Shown one piece after another: positions 16,088 to 29,086 of a stretch of 64,000 nucleotides of DNA (position 1 is the first letter of the stretch; the number at the start of each line of letters is the position of its first letter). The position numbers and the translations under genes are program-made. The notes below the pieces were generated by a model, which ran no database searches, was not told where the DNA came from, and was given only the letters and a program-made list of their open reading frames with translations. The stretch is from the human T2T-CHM13v2.0 reference genome, Homo sapiens: assembly GCF_009914755.1 (NCBI RefSeq), contig NC_060937.1; one strand, written 5' to 3'.

Positions 16088-16859
16088 AGTGGTTCATAAC
16101 TGGTGAATTTTCACTGTATGAAATACATAATGTTGCTAAACCATATTTTTAATTTAGCAGTTCATGTAACTACTGTTATTTTCAAATAACTATTGATCTA
16201 TTCTCTTGTAATTTGTTCTTCTTTTGCTTAACCCTCTATTCACAATTACTTGACTCATGTCTCCTTTTATTCAGAGACATTCAAAATCTTTATAATATAG
16301 ATATCCATATGGAAATATATGTTCAGAGACATAAGTAATATAAGCCACTGCCCAAATATCATGTGGTATATTTGGTGTGTGATTCCTCATGACAATGGCT
16401 CTAATGATAGCTATTGAAGCTTTCTGATAGCTAAATCCTGTTAGTTGCTGATGATGTGGTAATAAGAAAAGAAAAAAAAATGTACTCTTTGAGTTTATGA
16501 TCTAATAATGGAGATCTTTATTGATGAAGAAGTTATAGCAGTATATGGTAAGCCAGTTGAAACTTATTCCCAGGAGGAGCTGAAGATTGATGTTTAACTA
16601 GGTGAGAAAGGGTTTAGAAAAGCATTTGCATGGAATGAAAACCATATCCAAACCTAGGGCTGAAAAGATAATTTGAGTAAATTAATTTAGGCTGGAGAGT
16701 TAGTCATGACTCAGATTATTCAGCGAATTGTCCTCTGTATGAAAACTTACTATGAGTCTCCTAAATGAAATAGGATTTTACTAAAAGATTGTTAAGAACT
16801 TCTGAAAACCATTAACTCCATTGATCCTTTACATTTAAAACAAAAACATAATTTAATAA

Positions 16860-17405
16860 GTGCTTTACTTTAATGAGATATAATTTGTCTAAAATGAAAT
16901 GCATGTTTTCAAGTGTAAAGTTAAACAGTTTTGAGCAAGGTGTACACCTATGTAATCACCACCATAATCAAGATACAGAATATTTTCATCACCTCTAAAC
17001 AATTTTTACATGCTGCCCTTCAGTGAGCCCTCACACTGCTTCAGACCCAGACAACATCTGACCTACTTTCTGTTCCCACAGACTTCATATTTTGAGATTA
17101 TTTTTCATATAAATTGAATAATACAGTACATGCTCTTTTGAATCTGACTTACTTCTTTCAGCATGCTTCTGAGATTCAGCCATTTTGTTGTGTGTGTCAA
17201 TAACCCATAACTTTTAAAATGCTGAGGAGTATTCCATTGTATGAATGCAATATAATTTGTCAGCTCACTTGATGATAGCCATTTGAGTTGTTTCCCATTA
17301 AGGACTGTTATTAATAAACCTTCTATAAATATTTTTGTACAAATATTTTATAGACATACATGCTCATTATTTTTGGATCAATACCTCAAAGTGGGATTAG
17401 CTGAA
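16860..17405 (-). mobile_element. L1ME/L1MD-type 3' end fragment
   Basis: cacctatgtaatcaccaccataatcaagatacagaatattttcatcacc and gagattcagccattttgttgtgtgtg are antisense old-L1 3' motifs. Confidence 0.8.
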
Positions 17406-17429
17406 CTCTTCTTGCTTCATCCTACTTTT

Positions 17430-18380
<951 letters not shown>

Positions 18381-18417
18381 AATGCTTACTTTAATAAGTT
18401 TTCTTTCCCACACTTCT

Positions 18418-18870
18418 TGTGGCATGGATAGCTAACTCTCTGTATGAAATCTTGCCATCTTCCTTATAGTATTGGAAGCCTCCTCCCCAGAGTTTTAAAT
18501 GAGAAACAGCTGCTTAGCCACAGATTATATTTTCCAGGCATCCATGTGGCTTGATATAGCTATGTGACCAATTTTTAGATAATGATACGTGAACACATAT
18601 TCAAAGTCGATTTATTTACACTGTGCTTTAACTCTACCCTTTCTACCAGACTGAAAATGATGATGACTGAAATAGGAGTGGAAGCCATGAGTTGAATAAA
18701 TCAGAGCTGCACTTTTAGCCTGGTTCCCTGCAAGACTTCAGACAGGAGAGTTCACCTACTTGCCTAGCGATATTATCTAAAAGGAAAAAAAAGGCAACTT
18801 TACCTTTTACAAGTCAGTCACTGTTTTAGGTTCTTTCTCACAGCAGCTTGGCCAATAGCTTGAATAATAC
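18418..18870 (+). mobile_element. Ancient MaLR solo LTR (MLT1I/J-like)
   Basis: Begins tgtggca, contains gctatgtgaccaattt and ends cacagcagc..gaataatac. Confidence 0.55.
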
Positions 18871-19294
18871 CTTATAAGGGAATTATTTAATACCCTCTTC
18901 CCTGAAACCTCTAGGCTTTGGCTACTCTCATCTAATGGCCTCTTTTTGTTGAAAGTGAGCTTCTTTATCTTCTTCAGATAAATTCTGCCCATTTACTTCC
19001 ATCTTTTCTTTCCCATCTGTCATAACTGTAGGAAGAACTCTGGCTCTAATCCAGGGTTAAGCCATTTCCCATACTCTAGGTACCACCCTTTCCTGAAGTC
19101 TTAAGCACATCATTTCTGTACCCATCCTTTCTTTGCTTAATTGTATCAGTTCATCCTGTATACTGCAACATCATAATTAAATACAAAGGTGTGCAGTGTT
19201 TCATTTGTTAGCCTTGTCTCTCTGACAGTTGCAGCCCCTTTTCTCTGTTCTCCTCTACCCAAACTTCATGAGAAAGTAATATACCTATATTTCC

Positions 19295-19369
19295 GCATTT
19301 CCTATTTTTTCCTTAACCAGCATTTTCTATTCTTCCCTTAACCAGCATTTTCTATTCTTTCCTTAACCA
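19295..19369. repeat. Minisatellite, 3 x 25 bp
   Basis: Units gcatttcctattttttccttaacca / gcattttctattcttcccttaacca / gcattttctattctttccttaacca. Confidence 0.95.
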
Positions 19370-19511
19370 ACTTCATTCAGGCTTCTTTCCACTACTCTCT
19401 ATCAAAAGTGCAATAGTCGAGCTAACAAATAACAACCTTGAGAAAAATCAAGTGACGTATTCTATGTTATCTTCTGTTTTAACCCAAGAAGTCTTTGTCA
19501 CAGGTGAGTAT

Positions 19512-19909
19512 TGTTAATTAAACTAAACTAGCCTGAGGATGCCTCCCTACTGTGAGACCCTGTGTAACAAACCTCAGCCTAACTTAGTATATAAACTCAC
19601 TGAGAGCTTAATTTAGGTGCATGCTTCTGTAACAAATAGCTGAGTCTCAGCCACTTACAGCAGTTGAACTTCAGTCAGTCATGAGTGGCTGATTGATAAG
19701 ACTGTATTCAAATAGTGTAAGCAGATCTGTAACCAATCAAGCTGTTTCTGTACCTCACTTCAGTTTTCTGTTCATAAATGCTGGCTGTTCACTTTTGGAG
19801 CAAAGCTCTCTGAACTTCTTCTGGTTCTGAGGGCAGGCTGATTTGCTAATTGTTCTTTACTCAGTTAAACTATGTTAAATTTAATCTAAATAAAATGTTT
19901 CTTTTAATA
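19512..19909 (+). mobile_element. ERV1 solo LTR, MER57-family
   Basis: tgttaatt start, core ctgtaaccaatcaagctgtttctgtacctcacttc (CCAAT and ETS-like motifs), cataaatg TATA-like box, and end ttaaatttaat..cttttaata. Confidence 0.8.
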
Positions 19910-20209
19910 GATCTACCTCCGTAAAAGGTGAATAAACATACACATGTAAAAAATTCTTATATATGTATGTATTTGAATACATATATATATACACAGATAT
20001 ATGTGCATATACAAGATCCATATACACATGATTTTGTGATAGCACTTTCCTAATTCTCCTCCTAACAGCTTATCACTTCTGTCTTCATTTTATCACTTCA
20101 CCTTTTATGCTGAACATCTGAATTTCGGGAATGGTGTAGGGATGATATTTTGTAGGTACATCTTTCTTTTCTATCTAAAGTATGATTAAGACTCTGCTTT
20201 AATAATGAC

Positions 20210-20930
20210 TGTAGTGGGAATGGTTTTAAAGAAAGCTAAAAGAAGTTACAATCATACAGCAGAACATTAAAGATTTGGAGAAATCTCCTTGGAGTGAGTA
20301 GGAATTAGCAGGCTGCTGCGTGGACAGTTTTTGTAAAAAAAAAAAAAAAAAAAAGAAAAGAAAAAAAAACAGTAAAGGGGCTAAAAGTCTAGAGATTTGG
20401 ACGGTCATCAAAGCACACTTTGAAGACATCCAGGAAAAAAATGAACGCATGCATTACAGATAAGGACTGTGAGCCAGCTTTCGGATTCCTAAATAAACAT
20501 GGCTGGTAACCAAGAGGTCAAGTGATGTCAAATAAATGAAACAATAAAGGTTTAGGGTAGAATATTACAATTGCTTAGACTTCAATGGAGTAAGGTTTCT
20601 TAAAAGAGGCTGGTAGGAAAAGTATGTGGGAGGGACCTCAGAGGAGGTGAGAAGGTGACATTGTCAAAAGTGAGCCAGGTTTCAGGTAAGACCAAACAGC
20701 AAAGGGAACCTGTGGAGAAAAATTTGAGGATATTGAAACTTGATTAATCATGGGATAATTGTCCCAGAAGACAAAGCTGACAGATGTCATTTTAGTTGAG
20801 AGAGAGAAAGTTGGGTCAGGGATAAGGAAACACACATCAATATGCCGGTGGTGAGGTAAAGTGTGGGTGTGTGCTGGAGGAGTTGGGGTTTGCATTTCAT
20901 CACTGACTGATGAAAATAGGTTTGAGAGAC
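20210..20930 (-). mobile_element. Diverged L2 fragment(s)
   Basis: Purine-rich antisense L2-like segments such as ggaggtgagaaggtgacattg. Very diverged. Confidence 0.4.
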
Positions 20931-21252
20931 ATTATGGATTTGGTCTCAATAGTTTTTCTTGACTGCGGGTACTAAGTACTGCAGTCAGAACATTATCTGA
21001 ATTGGCTGGGCAATGCCATATCCTGAAACCACTTACTAAGTAAACAGATAATGGGCCCAGAAACTGCAGATGCTGCTTACTGCATGGGTTGAATGATGGC
21101 TGAGAAACTTCTCACTCGTGGGAAATATTCAAATGGATGATATTTAGCTGTTAGTAGTGACTTTATATTTGAAAATATGAATTATGAATGGATAGGTGCC
21201 TCTGTGGGTGATCTCAGTGTAGAGATGTCTGTAGATTATATTCATGAATTTG

Positions 21253-21455
21253 TCTGGAGCAGCTCAGCTAATTAAAGCAATGCACTTAGGAAGCCACGTC
21301 TTCAGGTTCATTTCTTGTGAGGGCTTTATACATCTGCAGACTATACAACACGTACTAGGACCTTAATAAATATTGTTCATTAGATGAATAAATGCAGAAA
21401 TAATCCACAGGGCAAAGAGGGGTGTGTGTCTATAAAGGCATTACCACTGTCTAGG
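21253..21455 (+). mobile_element. Ancient tRNA-Ile-headed SINE (MamSINE1-like) or tRNA-Ile pseudogene
   Basis: 21253-21326 is colinear without gaps with tRNA-Ile(AAT): agctcag, a-agc, gcca, ggttc and gggc are at matching spacing. Confidence 0.55.
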
Positions 21456-21850
21456 CCTTTAAGCATAATCATCATGTTTAGAAATCCCTGCTTGAGCCAG
21501 TGAGGAAAATTTTGTGAGAAAGCAAGAGAGATGAGCTAAAATTATCACTGCTCTCAACAAGTAATGAAAGGACACATTCTTGTAAGACAGTATGAGTAAT
21601 TGTATCTAGTGTCGTGAAAGAGGAAATGGTTATTTTAAAAAATGTTCTATGCTCTTATACAAAAGTACATGTTTTTATGTAAATATAATATAATTTAATA
21701 CAAATTAAAAGTAACCAAAAGCCTTATTCATTTCAAATATTTGATAGAAAGGATATGAGACAAAATTGAATAATTATATTTAACTTAATAAAATAATTAA
21801 GATAGCTATTTTGCTAGTCATTTTTTCTTGGTATTTTGAACTTCCTGTAC

Positions 21851-21950
21851 TCTTCAATCATTCTTATAATTTCAAACCTCTAAATCACAATTTTATATCA
21901 GTGTCTTATCCTTTTTTGATGTAGTAAGTGACTGTATCCAATCCACGTTA
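21851..21950 (+). repeat. Copy of a ~100 bp dispersed direct duplication (partner 25049-25166)
   Basis: Shared tcttcaa-cattcttataatttcaaacctctaa..acaattttatatca..cttttttgat..agt..gtgact-tatccaatccac. Confidence 0.93.
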
Positions 21951-22486
21951 TCCTTGACCCAAATTTAATGTTTCTTCATATATTTCCATAGGGTGTGGAT
22001 TTCACGTAAGCTACATAAAGTAAAATTGAAGCACTTTTGTATCCCACTGCTTTACCTTACAATGTAAATGGATCATTAACACTATTTGAATGGTTATATA
22101 ATAATCTACGTATTCATTTAAACAAGAACTATTTCTTGAATGCTTAAATGCTAATAAGTACATGGCTTATATCAATCAGAGAGGTCAAGTTCTCAACATT
22201 ATTTTTATCAACCAGTACCTTCATAAATTGTCTTCAATAATTTATCAAAAAAACCCATGAACTTACCAAAGCACTATGTCTGCATTTGAAGACTTAGAGA
22301 CAAACATAAATATAAATATATATAAATTTTGTTTCAAAAGTTTTCACATAACTTTAATGTAAATATTGGATTACTCTAACTTCATTTGATTTAAAAAACA
22401 AAGTTTAACTTTTTAGGAAGCTTGTTTCTTAAATCTAGACTTAAATAATAAATGCAGTAAACAAAGCCCCAGTCATAATAAAAATG

Positions 22487-22639
22487 CTGGAGGAAGGAGA
22501 AAAGGGGGAGTTAATTGTTTAAGGGGTATAGATTTTTCAGATTTGCAAGATGAAAAAAGTTCTGAAGATCTGTTTACAACAATGTACACTTCACAATGTG
22601 AACATACATAAACACTACTGAACTGTACACTTAAAATGA
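22487..22639 (+). mobile_element. L1MB-type 3' UTR fragment
   Basis: gatttgcaagatgaaaaaagttctgaagat..cactactgaactgtacacttaaaatg. Confidence 0.85.
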
Positions 22640-23689
22640 GCAGTGAGAGAGAGACAGAGAAAGAGAGCTCCGTGGCTTTTCCTCTTAAGCCATTTTTTTC
22701 TGTTCATGTATCAGCCAGACTGTCATTGTTCTACATCTGTTATAGTGGAGCAACATTATTCATTATAATTCCTTGTTTTTTCAACCAAAAGGCTCTTTGT
22801 ATTCAGTTTTGCCCTGTATTTTAACAGATGAACTGTGTTATCTATGCACAGAAGTTATTTTTACGCTTTACTTGTGAAACTTAACTGCTTGGGTGTGCAA
22901 AAGCAAACACACTGTTGCATTCTACCTCGGTGCCATAAAAAAAAAAACCTGGACCATCTGTAGCTCATCACTTTCTTGGTCAATTATAGATGAAGAAAGT
23001 CATGAAATACTGAATAGATAATCCATCAAATACAACCAAGTGCATGAGTCTTTCTCAAAGTAATTTCCCAGTCAAGGCAGTAGCTGCTATTGTTTGTCCA
23101 CTCTCCCTGTTTTATCTCCTTGGGCGTGAAATGTCACGTGGAAAAGGCATTAGCCTCCTGAGGGACTTAGTACGGTCATTTCAGTTTCTTAATTAGAAGA
23201 AGCTGAGAGTTAACATTTAAAAAAGTACCATGTTACACAGCAAAGATTTTATGATTTCTCATGGAGGGTCCCTTCAGTAATTGTGATTTCTCTTAAAGGA
23301 AACTCAACATTGGGATATTGAATGTCCTTGACTACTACGAAAAACTTAAGTAAACCAAATGAATTTTTAAATTTTGGTTTTAAGTTAATAATAACACCTG
23401 GCTTTACTATATTCTTAAAATATTTTACATTTACCATACCACAATACCTTACCATATTTTCACCATTACATTACAAAAAAGTAAAATACGTGGTTGTGTG
23501 GTTTTGAAATTATAGAATGTACTTTTGGATGTAAGAATGTGTGTTGGAAAGTTGCTTGGATAGTCAAAGTGATTTTTATGAATCAAATATGATGGAGAAG
23601 AAAAAACAGCTTAAAAAGGATGAAAGAGGTTTATATATTTTCAATTCTTACTTTATCTAAGATAATTCCTGAGTGGTGTTGGCTAGTTC

Positions 23690-24220
23690 TGACTCCCTCT
23701 ACACCATGCTCTGACAAATAACCTACCTTTCTATTGTTAATCAGGTCGATCTCATCTTATTTTTCTTCTTTGCCCTTTGCACTTGTCCCTCTTTCTGTGA
23801 TTCTCTGCCCCCAGCTATTCTCATCCTGGCTACTTACAGAGATTTAAGTCCAAACTCAAAATGGCTTCTTCTGTGACAGCCCAATCAAAATTAGACACCC
23901 AATCTTTTTGACAATTGTTCTAAATCACATAAATATGGGAATACTTGCTTGCTCTCTCTCTCTTTTTTCCTTTTATCCTTTCTCCTTCCTTCCCTCCTTC
24001 CCTCACTTGTTCTTCCCCAATTTTTTTCTCTCTCTCCTCACCTTCCATCCTTTCTTTTTAGCATGAATCATCACAGTACTATCTTGTTCATTCACTTCTG
24101 TTTGCAGATCAGTCCCTGCACCCCCATCGCACCACATGTACACATCCTGTGTTTCTTATTTACTGCTGTATTCTCAATACATAAAATGTCACCTGGAACA
24201 TAATATTTGTTGAATAATTT
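23690..24220 (+). mobile_element. L2 3' fragment with internal CT-rich simple repeat
   Basis: gccctttgcacttg.., tttactgctgtattctca..cctggaacataatatttgttgaat (L2 tail). (CCTT)n-like tract at 23950-24060. Confidence 0.65.
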
Positions 24221-25048
24221 AAAAATAAGCAAATAGATTCAAGGAAAGATTATTATAGATCTTAAAAAAAGACAATACAAAAAAGATTGTGCCTGAATCT
24301 GCTACACTTGAGTCATTCTGTGTATACATATATAAGATATTATATAAAATAGGATATTCTGGTTGATACGTAGTGGTATTTCATTGTTTATTACATTTAC
24401 TCATTGAATTTTATTATTGTTTTCTAGATACACTGAGTTATTAGTTTTGCTTTTCTTTTTCATCTTAAAGTTATTTGAAAGACAAATTGCTATCAATATG
24501 TTTTTAATTTCTGGATCATTTTAATATTTGTCTACTACTGATTTTAATGTTTCTTTTTTGTATTTATTCACTGTGTTCAGAAGTGTTTTTCTGTATTGCT
24601 TTTACCTTTTGAAATCTACAATAAATTTTGTTTTTGGTGTAATGTATGGCCATGTTTGTTCAGTTTTCCTTGTGTCCCTAAAAATAAGCATTATTTTGAT
24701 ATAAAATAAAGCTAAAATTTACCTATGAGATCAATACAAATAATTATTTTATTCAGGATCTTTATTATTAAGTGTTTTTCTATCAGAACAACTATTTGAA
24801 TGGGTTAAGTAGAAATATATTCTAATATTGCATTTCTATTTGTTTCTTTGTGCACTCTCTGTAGATTTTATGTTACTTATTTTCATATTATGTTTTTTGG
24901 CATTTAAACATTCATAAAATCAAATCATCCTTGTGGACTGTACATTGCGTGCCATCTTGTTTTTCATTTAATATTTCTTGCCCTGAATTTAAGTTTGGCA
25001 GATATTTATATAAAACAACTTCGCTTTATAAATGCTATTATCATGCTG

Positions 25049-25166
25049 TCTTCAACCATTCTTATAATTTCAAACCTCTAAGTAACAATTTTATATCAAT
25101 ATCTTACATATAACCCATAGCCACTCTTTTTTGATCCAGTAGGTGACTTTATCCAATCCACATTTA
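25049..25166 (+). repeat. Copy of a ~100 bp dispersed direct duplication (partner 21851-21950)
   Basis: Same string as 21851-21950 with about 18 extra bases (atataacccatagccact). Confidence 0.93.
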
Positions 25167-25412
25167 TGTTTAAATTTATGTATATTCTGCTTCTTTATTT
25201 TTGTGTGAATTCTTGCTTTCAATATTTTTGAGTTTGTCATCTTCTAATACATAGTCTGGGTTTTCTGGTTGTTTTTATATAAGTATATTTTATAGTGATC
25301 TTAAATTCGGCAACCACGATAGAATTACCTATTAATTCTTATAGTTTTTAATTTCTATATTTCAATCATTATAACCTTGCTATCTGAATGTAATGACAGA
25401 TTTATGTCTTCA

Positions 25413-25414
<2 letters not shown>

Positions 25415-25448
<34 letters not shown>
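25415..25448. repeat. (CA)17 microsatellite
   Basis: Perfect CA run. Confidence 0.98.
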
Positions 25449-25450
<2 letters not shown>

Positions 25451-25511
25451 TACACAAATTTTGGGTGCCTATTATAAAGACTGGCCTATAGTTTTCTCTC
25501 TGTTTTCATTA

Positions 25512-25802
25512 TTTTTTTTTTAATTAGAGACAAGATCTTGATCAGTCACCCAGGCCGGAGTCCATTGGCACAATCATAGCTCACTGTAGTCTCGACCTCT
25601 TGGGCTCAAGTAATCCTCCCACCTCAGCCTCCTGAGTAGCTAGGACTAAGGTGTGTGCCACCACGCTTGGCTGATTTTTTATTTTTTGTATAGATGCTTG
25701 GTATATTGCTCAGGCTGGTCTCAAACTCCTGGCATCAAGCAATCCTCTTTCTTTAGTTTTCCAAACTATTGAAATTACAGGCATGAGCCACTGCTCCCAG
25801 CC
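25512..25802 (-). mobile_element. AluJ (Jo/Jr-like)
   Basis: atcatagctcactgtag..tgggctcaagtaatcctcccacctcagcc are AluJ diagnostics. Flanked by ttttcatt on both sides. Confidence 0.93.
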
Positions 25803-27203
25803 AATTTTCATTTTTAGTTATATTTTTGTCTGGTTTTAGTATGGATTCATATAGTGGTTCAAGAAGTATTTTCTTATTTTAATTTATCTCTGAGCATTTT
25901 GGAAAAGTGTTGCTATTTCCTTCTGAAATTGGAAAGTTCACTATAAAAGCCATCAAATCTATGGTTCTCTTTGTGGATAGATGGTTTTTAGGGATTTTAT
26001 TTTTTATTATATATGAGATTTTTCTGACGTTCTATGTCTTCTTATTTGAGGTTTGGAAAGTTGAATTTTGAAGGGCTGCTCCATGGTGTCTAAATTTTCA
26101 ATTTTATTGAACTAGAGATGACATTATCTCTTTCTTCCCATGTTTCTATGAAGTGTATTGGAGTAATTTTTTTTTATTTTTCATGTTAGTTATTTGTGCT
26201 TTCTCAGCATTTTTCCCTCTATCAACTTTGATAGAGACATAAGTTTTATTAATCTTTCTAAAGAAAACAATTTTGATTTTGTTAGCTTTCTTTGTTACTC
26301 TTTTTTTTCTTTTTTCTTTTTTTATGTTGATTTCTGCTCTTCTTACCTAGATTCTTTTTAAAATTTATTTAGATTTAAACTTCTGGGGCTTTTAAGTATC
26401 ATTTTTATATAGAAACTTTGATGTTATATGAAACAGCATTAACTGTATTCCATAAGTTTTGATATGTCATGCTTTCAATATAATTTTAATTCATTTCTAA
26501 TAATTTTCTAAATTCTATTGTGATTTATTCTTTATCCATGCATATGTAAATTCCAAATAGGTGGGAAGAGAGTATAGTTATCTTCTTATTATTGGATTCT
26601 AGCTTAATTCTCATTAAGATTGGAGAACATACACTTTATGACAATATTACTTTAAAAATTGTTGAGACTTGCTCTATGGCTTATCATGGAGTTATTTTCA
26701 GATGAATATATAATCAGTGGCTATTGGGTGTCATCTCATTTAGCTGTTAGATCAAATTTGGTCAATAATGCCTTTCAAATCTGCAATATCTCTAGTAATT
26801 TGTAGTCAAATAAGTAGCAATGTGCTCCCACTATCTAATTAATTCTTTGTAACAATGCACTTTGAGTAATAACAGAGCACATAATTGCTTTATTCAAAAT
26901 GTCTTCTGGAGGTCATGACTTTTAGCAGAGGTAACTATTTTCTATTTTGGTCTGGCTTTAATTTGGGTAATAGTGTGATTGAATATAGATATTTATGACA
27001 TTTATTAGAAGGTTTTATTACTAATTTTCCCCAGAAAAAAATTCTAATGGAGGTGTATTGGAGATTAGTGATTTTTTAATGTTAATGAGAAAAATGTATT
27101 AAAATTAACAACAATGAATGGAGTTTAATTTTCTAATTTTCTTTTAGTTCTACCCATTTTCCCTTTATAAAGCTATATTATTGGGAATATATAGATATCA
27201 AAT

Positions 27204-27933
27204 AATTTTATCTTACTTATGAATTGAGACATTATAATGAGAAATGTCATCTTTACTAAGGTACTGCTTCTTGTATTTGTCGTCTTCATTTACTATGAGA
27301 AGAGCTATACCAGCTTTCTCCTGATACATTTTTGCATGTTACATAATTTTCCATACTTGAACTTACATGTCACTCCTGTTGTTAAGACACATATACTTAC
27401 TAAGGTTTACTTTCATTCTGCGACTATTTTTCTATAATTATTGGAATATTCACATTGTTTACATTTTCTGTACTTATTGCTGCTATTGGCTCAAATTTGT
27501 CATTTTTTTTTCTCCACAAGTCACTGGGAGGGGTTAATTATAAATAAACATCCATATATGTACATCTTTACAATATATGCAGAAATATATATATTCATGT
27601 ACATATTAACATTTTTAAGTATTAATATATTTATATGATTTTGTATACACATGTAATTTTATCCACCAATATCTAGTTTTTGAAATTTTATCTTATGCGT
27701 GAATTGAGACTTTATAATGAGAGATGTCATCTTTACTAAGGTAATGCTTCTTGTTTTTACGTCTTCTTCATTTACTATTAGAATAGCTACCAGCTTTCTC
27801 CTGGTAAATTTTTGCATGCTACATAAATTTCCATACTTGAACTTATATGTCATTCTTGTTGTTGGGAAACATATATTTACACTATGGCTTACTTTCATTC
27901 TGACAAATATTTTTCTATAATAATTAGAATATT
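27204..27933 (+). repeat. ~250 bp direct duplication: 27204-27450 and 27684-27933
   Basis: Offset is 480 bp at the start. ORF-track peptides MRNVIFTKVLLLVF..FCMLHNFPYLNL and MRDVIFTKVMLLVF..FCMLHKFPYLNL are paralogous. Confidence 0.96.
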
Positions 27934-28779
27934 TGGTCGGTTTGACCATTGGTCTACTGTTCCGAACTACATTCTTCCTAGAAGCAGAAGAACTTACAGT
28001 CTAGAAAAATGATTTAAAAAGTAATGTATCAACAAACCAGGCCTAAGCGGGCCTAATTTTGTGCACGGATATTTACACAATTAAATTTCCCATATTTTAA
28101 GTAACATGGTTGTTTGTGGAAGTTCTACAGATATTAACTATTTTTGGCATTCTGCTCTTAACACTTACTAGTCTGGTTCTACTACTGTTTATAATCTTAA
28201 TTCTACAAGTTGATTTTTCCCATTTTCTTAGAATCATCTTGCTACTCGGCAAACTAGACATAGTGCTAGGGCACTTAAATTCACTTGAAAATGACATCTT
28301 TTTTGAAGTACCAATTTTTGTTTCTTACTCATGTTACACATGAAATAAAACATTTTAATATGTTTAGAAAGTCATTACATTCAAGAATGTATTTTGATGT
28401 GGATTAAATGTCAAAGATGTGTGGAAATTTCTTGTCTAAATTCAGAAAGAAAATAGTAGATTCTTAACAAATATTAAGCCCTGAACCCCAAGATCTAAAC
28501 TTGTAATTTAAGCTTTTATGGAGTCATAGCAGATATTTTGCCACTTTATTTCAAAAATATGTAAAGAGTCAGTTTGAGGCATACTTGTGGCACCACAAAC
28601 TACACTAGCAATGTTTTACTTCAAGTTAATGAAGAGAAATCCTATACTCTAATAGCATATTTTTTTACATCAAACTCCCGTATGTATCATATAATATGTA
28701 TGTATAATATATGTATCATATAATACTAACCTTGTTTGATAATAACATTATTTATTAAGAACTGTTAAGAAGCTCTTGA

Positions 28780-29086
28780 GGCTGGACGCGGTGGCTCACG
28801 CCTGTAATCCCAGCACTTTGGGAGGCCGAGGCGGGCAGATCACGAGGTCAGGGGACCAAGACCATCCTGGCTAACGCGGTGAAACCCCGTCTCTACTAAA
28901 AGTACAAAAAATTAGCCGGGCGTGGTGGCGGGCGCTTGTAGTCCCAGCTACTTAGGAGGCTGAGGCAGGAGAATGGCGTGAACCCAGGAGGCGGAGCTTG
29001 CACTGAGCCGAGATCGCGCCACTGTACTCCAGCCTGGGCAACACAGCAAGACTCCGTCTCAGAAAAAAAAAAAAAAAAAAAAAAAA
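28780..29086 (+). mobile_element. AluY with 13-bp TSD
   Basis: Perfect TSD aagaagctcttga (28767-28779, 29087-29099) preceded by tt, an L1 endonuclease-type site. Long A tail. Confidence 0.98.

Larger units (their letters stand above)
24470..27935 (-). mobile_element. Very old L1M/L1ME ORF2 fragments, interrupted by (CA)n and AluJ
   Basis: Antisense ORF2 motifs such as ctgtattccataagttttgatatgtcatgctttc and gttgagacttgctctatggc. Confidence 0.7.

Noticed and set aside
19295-19369. 25-bp repeats as a possible CRISPR-like array
   Set aside because: The units are directly adjacent with no spacers, there are no cas genes, and the context is eukaryotic.
20336-20369. Orphan A-rich tract as a poly(A)-only retro-insertion
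   Set aside because: Only a 5-bp non-adjacent match (acagt) could serve as TSD. Slippage expansion is equally likely.
21253-21326. Functional tRNA-Ile gene
   Set aside because: The acceptor stem, anticodon loop and B-box are degenerate. Kept only as a fossil.
27237-27920. Two paralogous 66/67-aa hydrophobic ORFs resembling a small membrane-peptide gene pair
   Set aside because: They are antisense frames of a duplicated old L1 segment. The middle shows compensating frameshifts, and hydrophobicity reflects T-richness.
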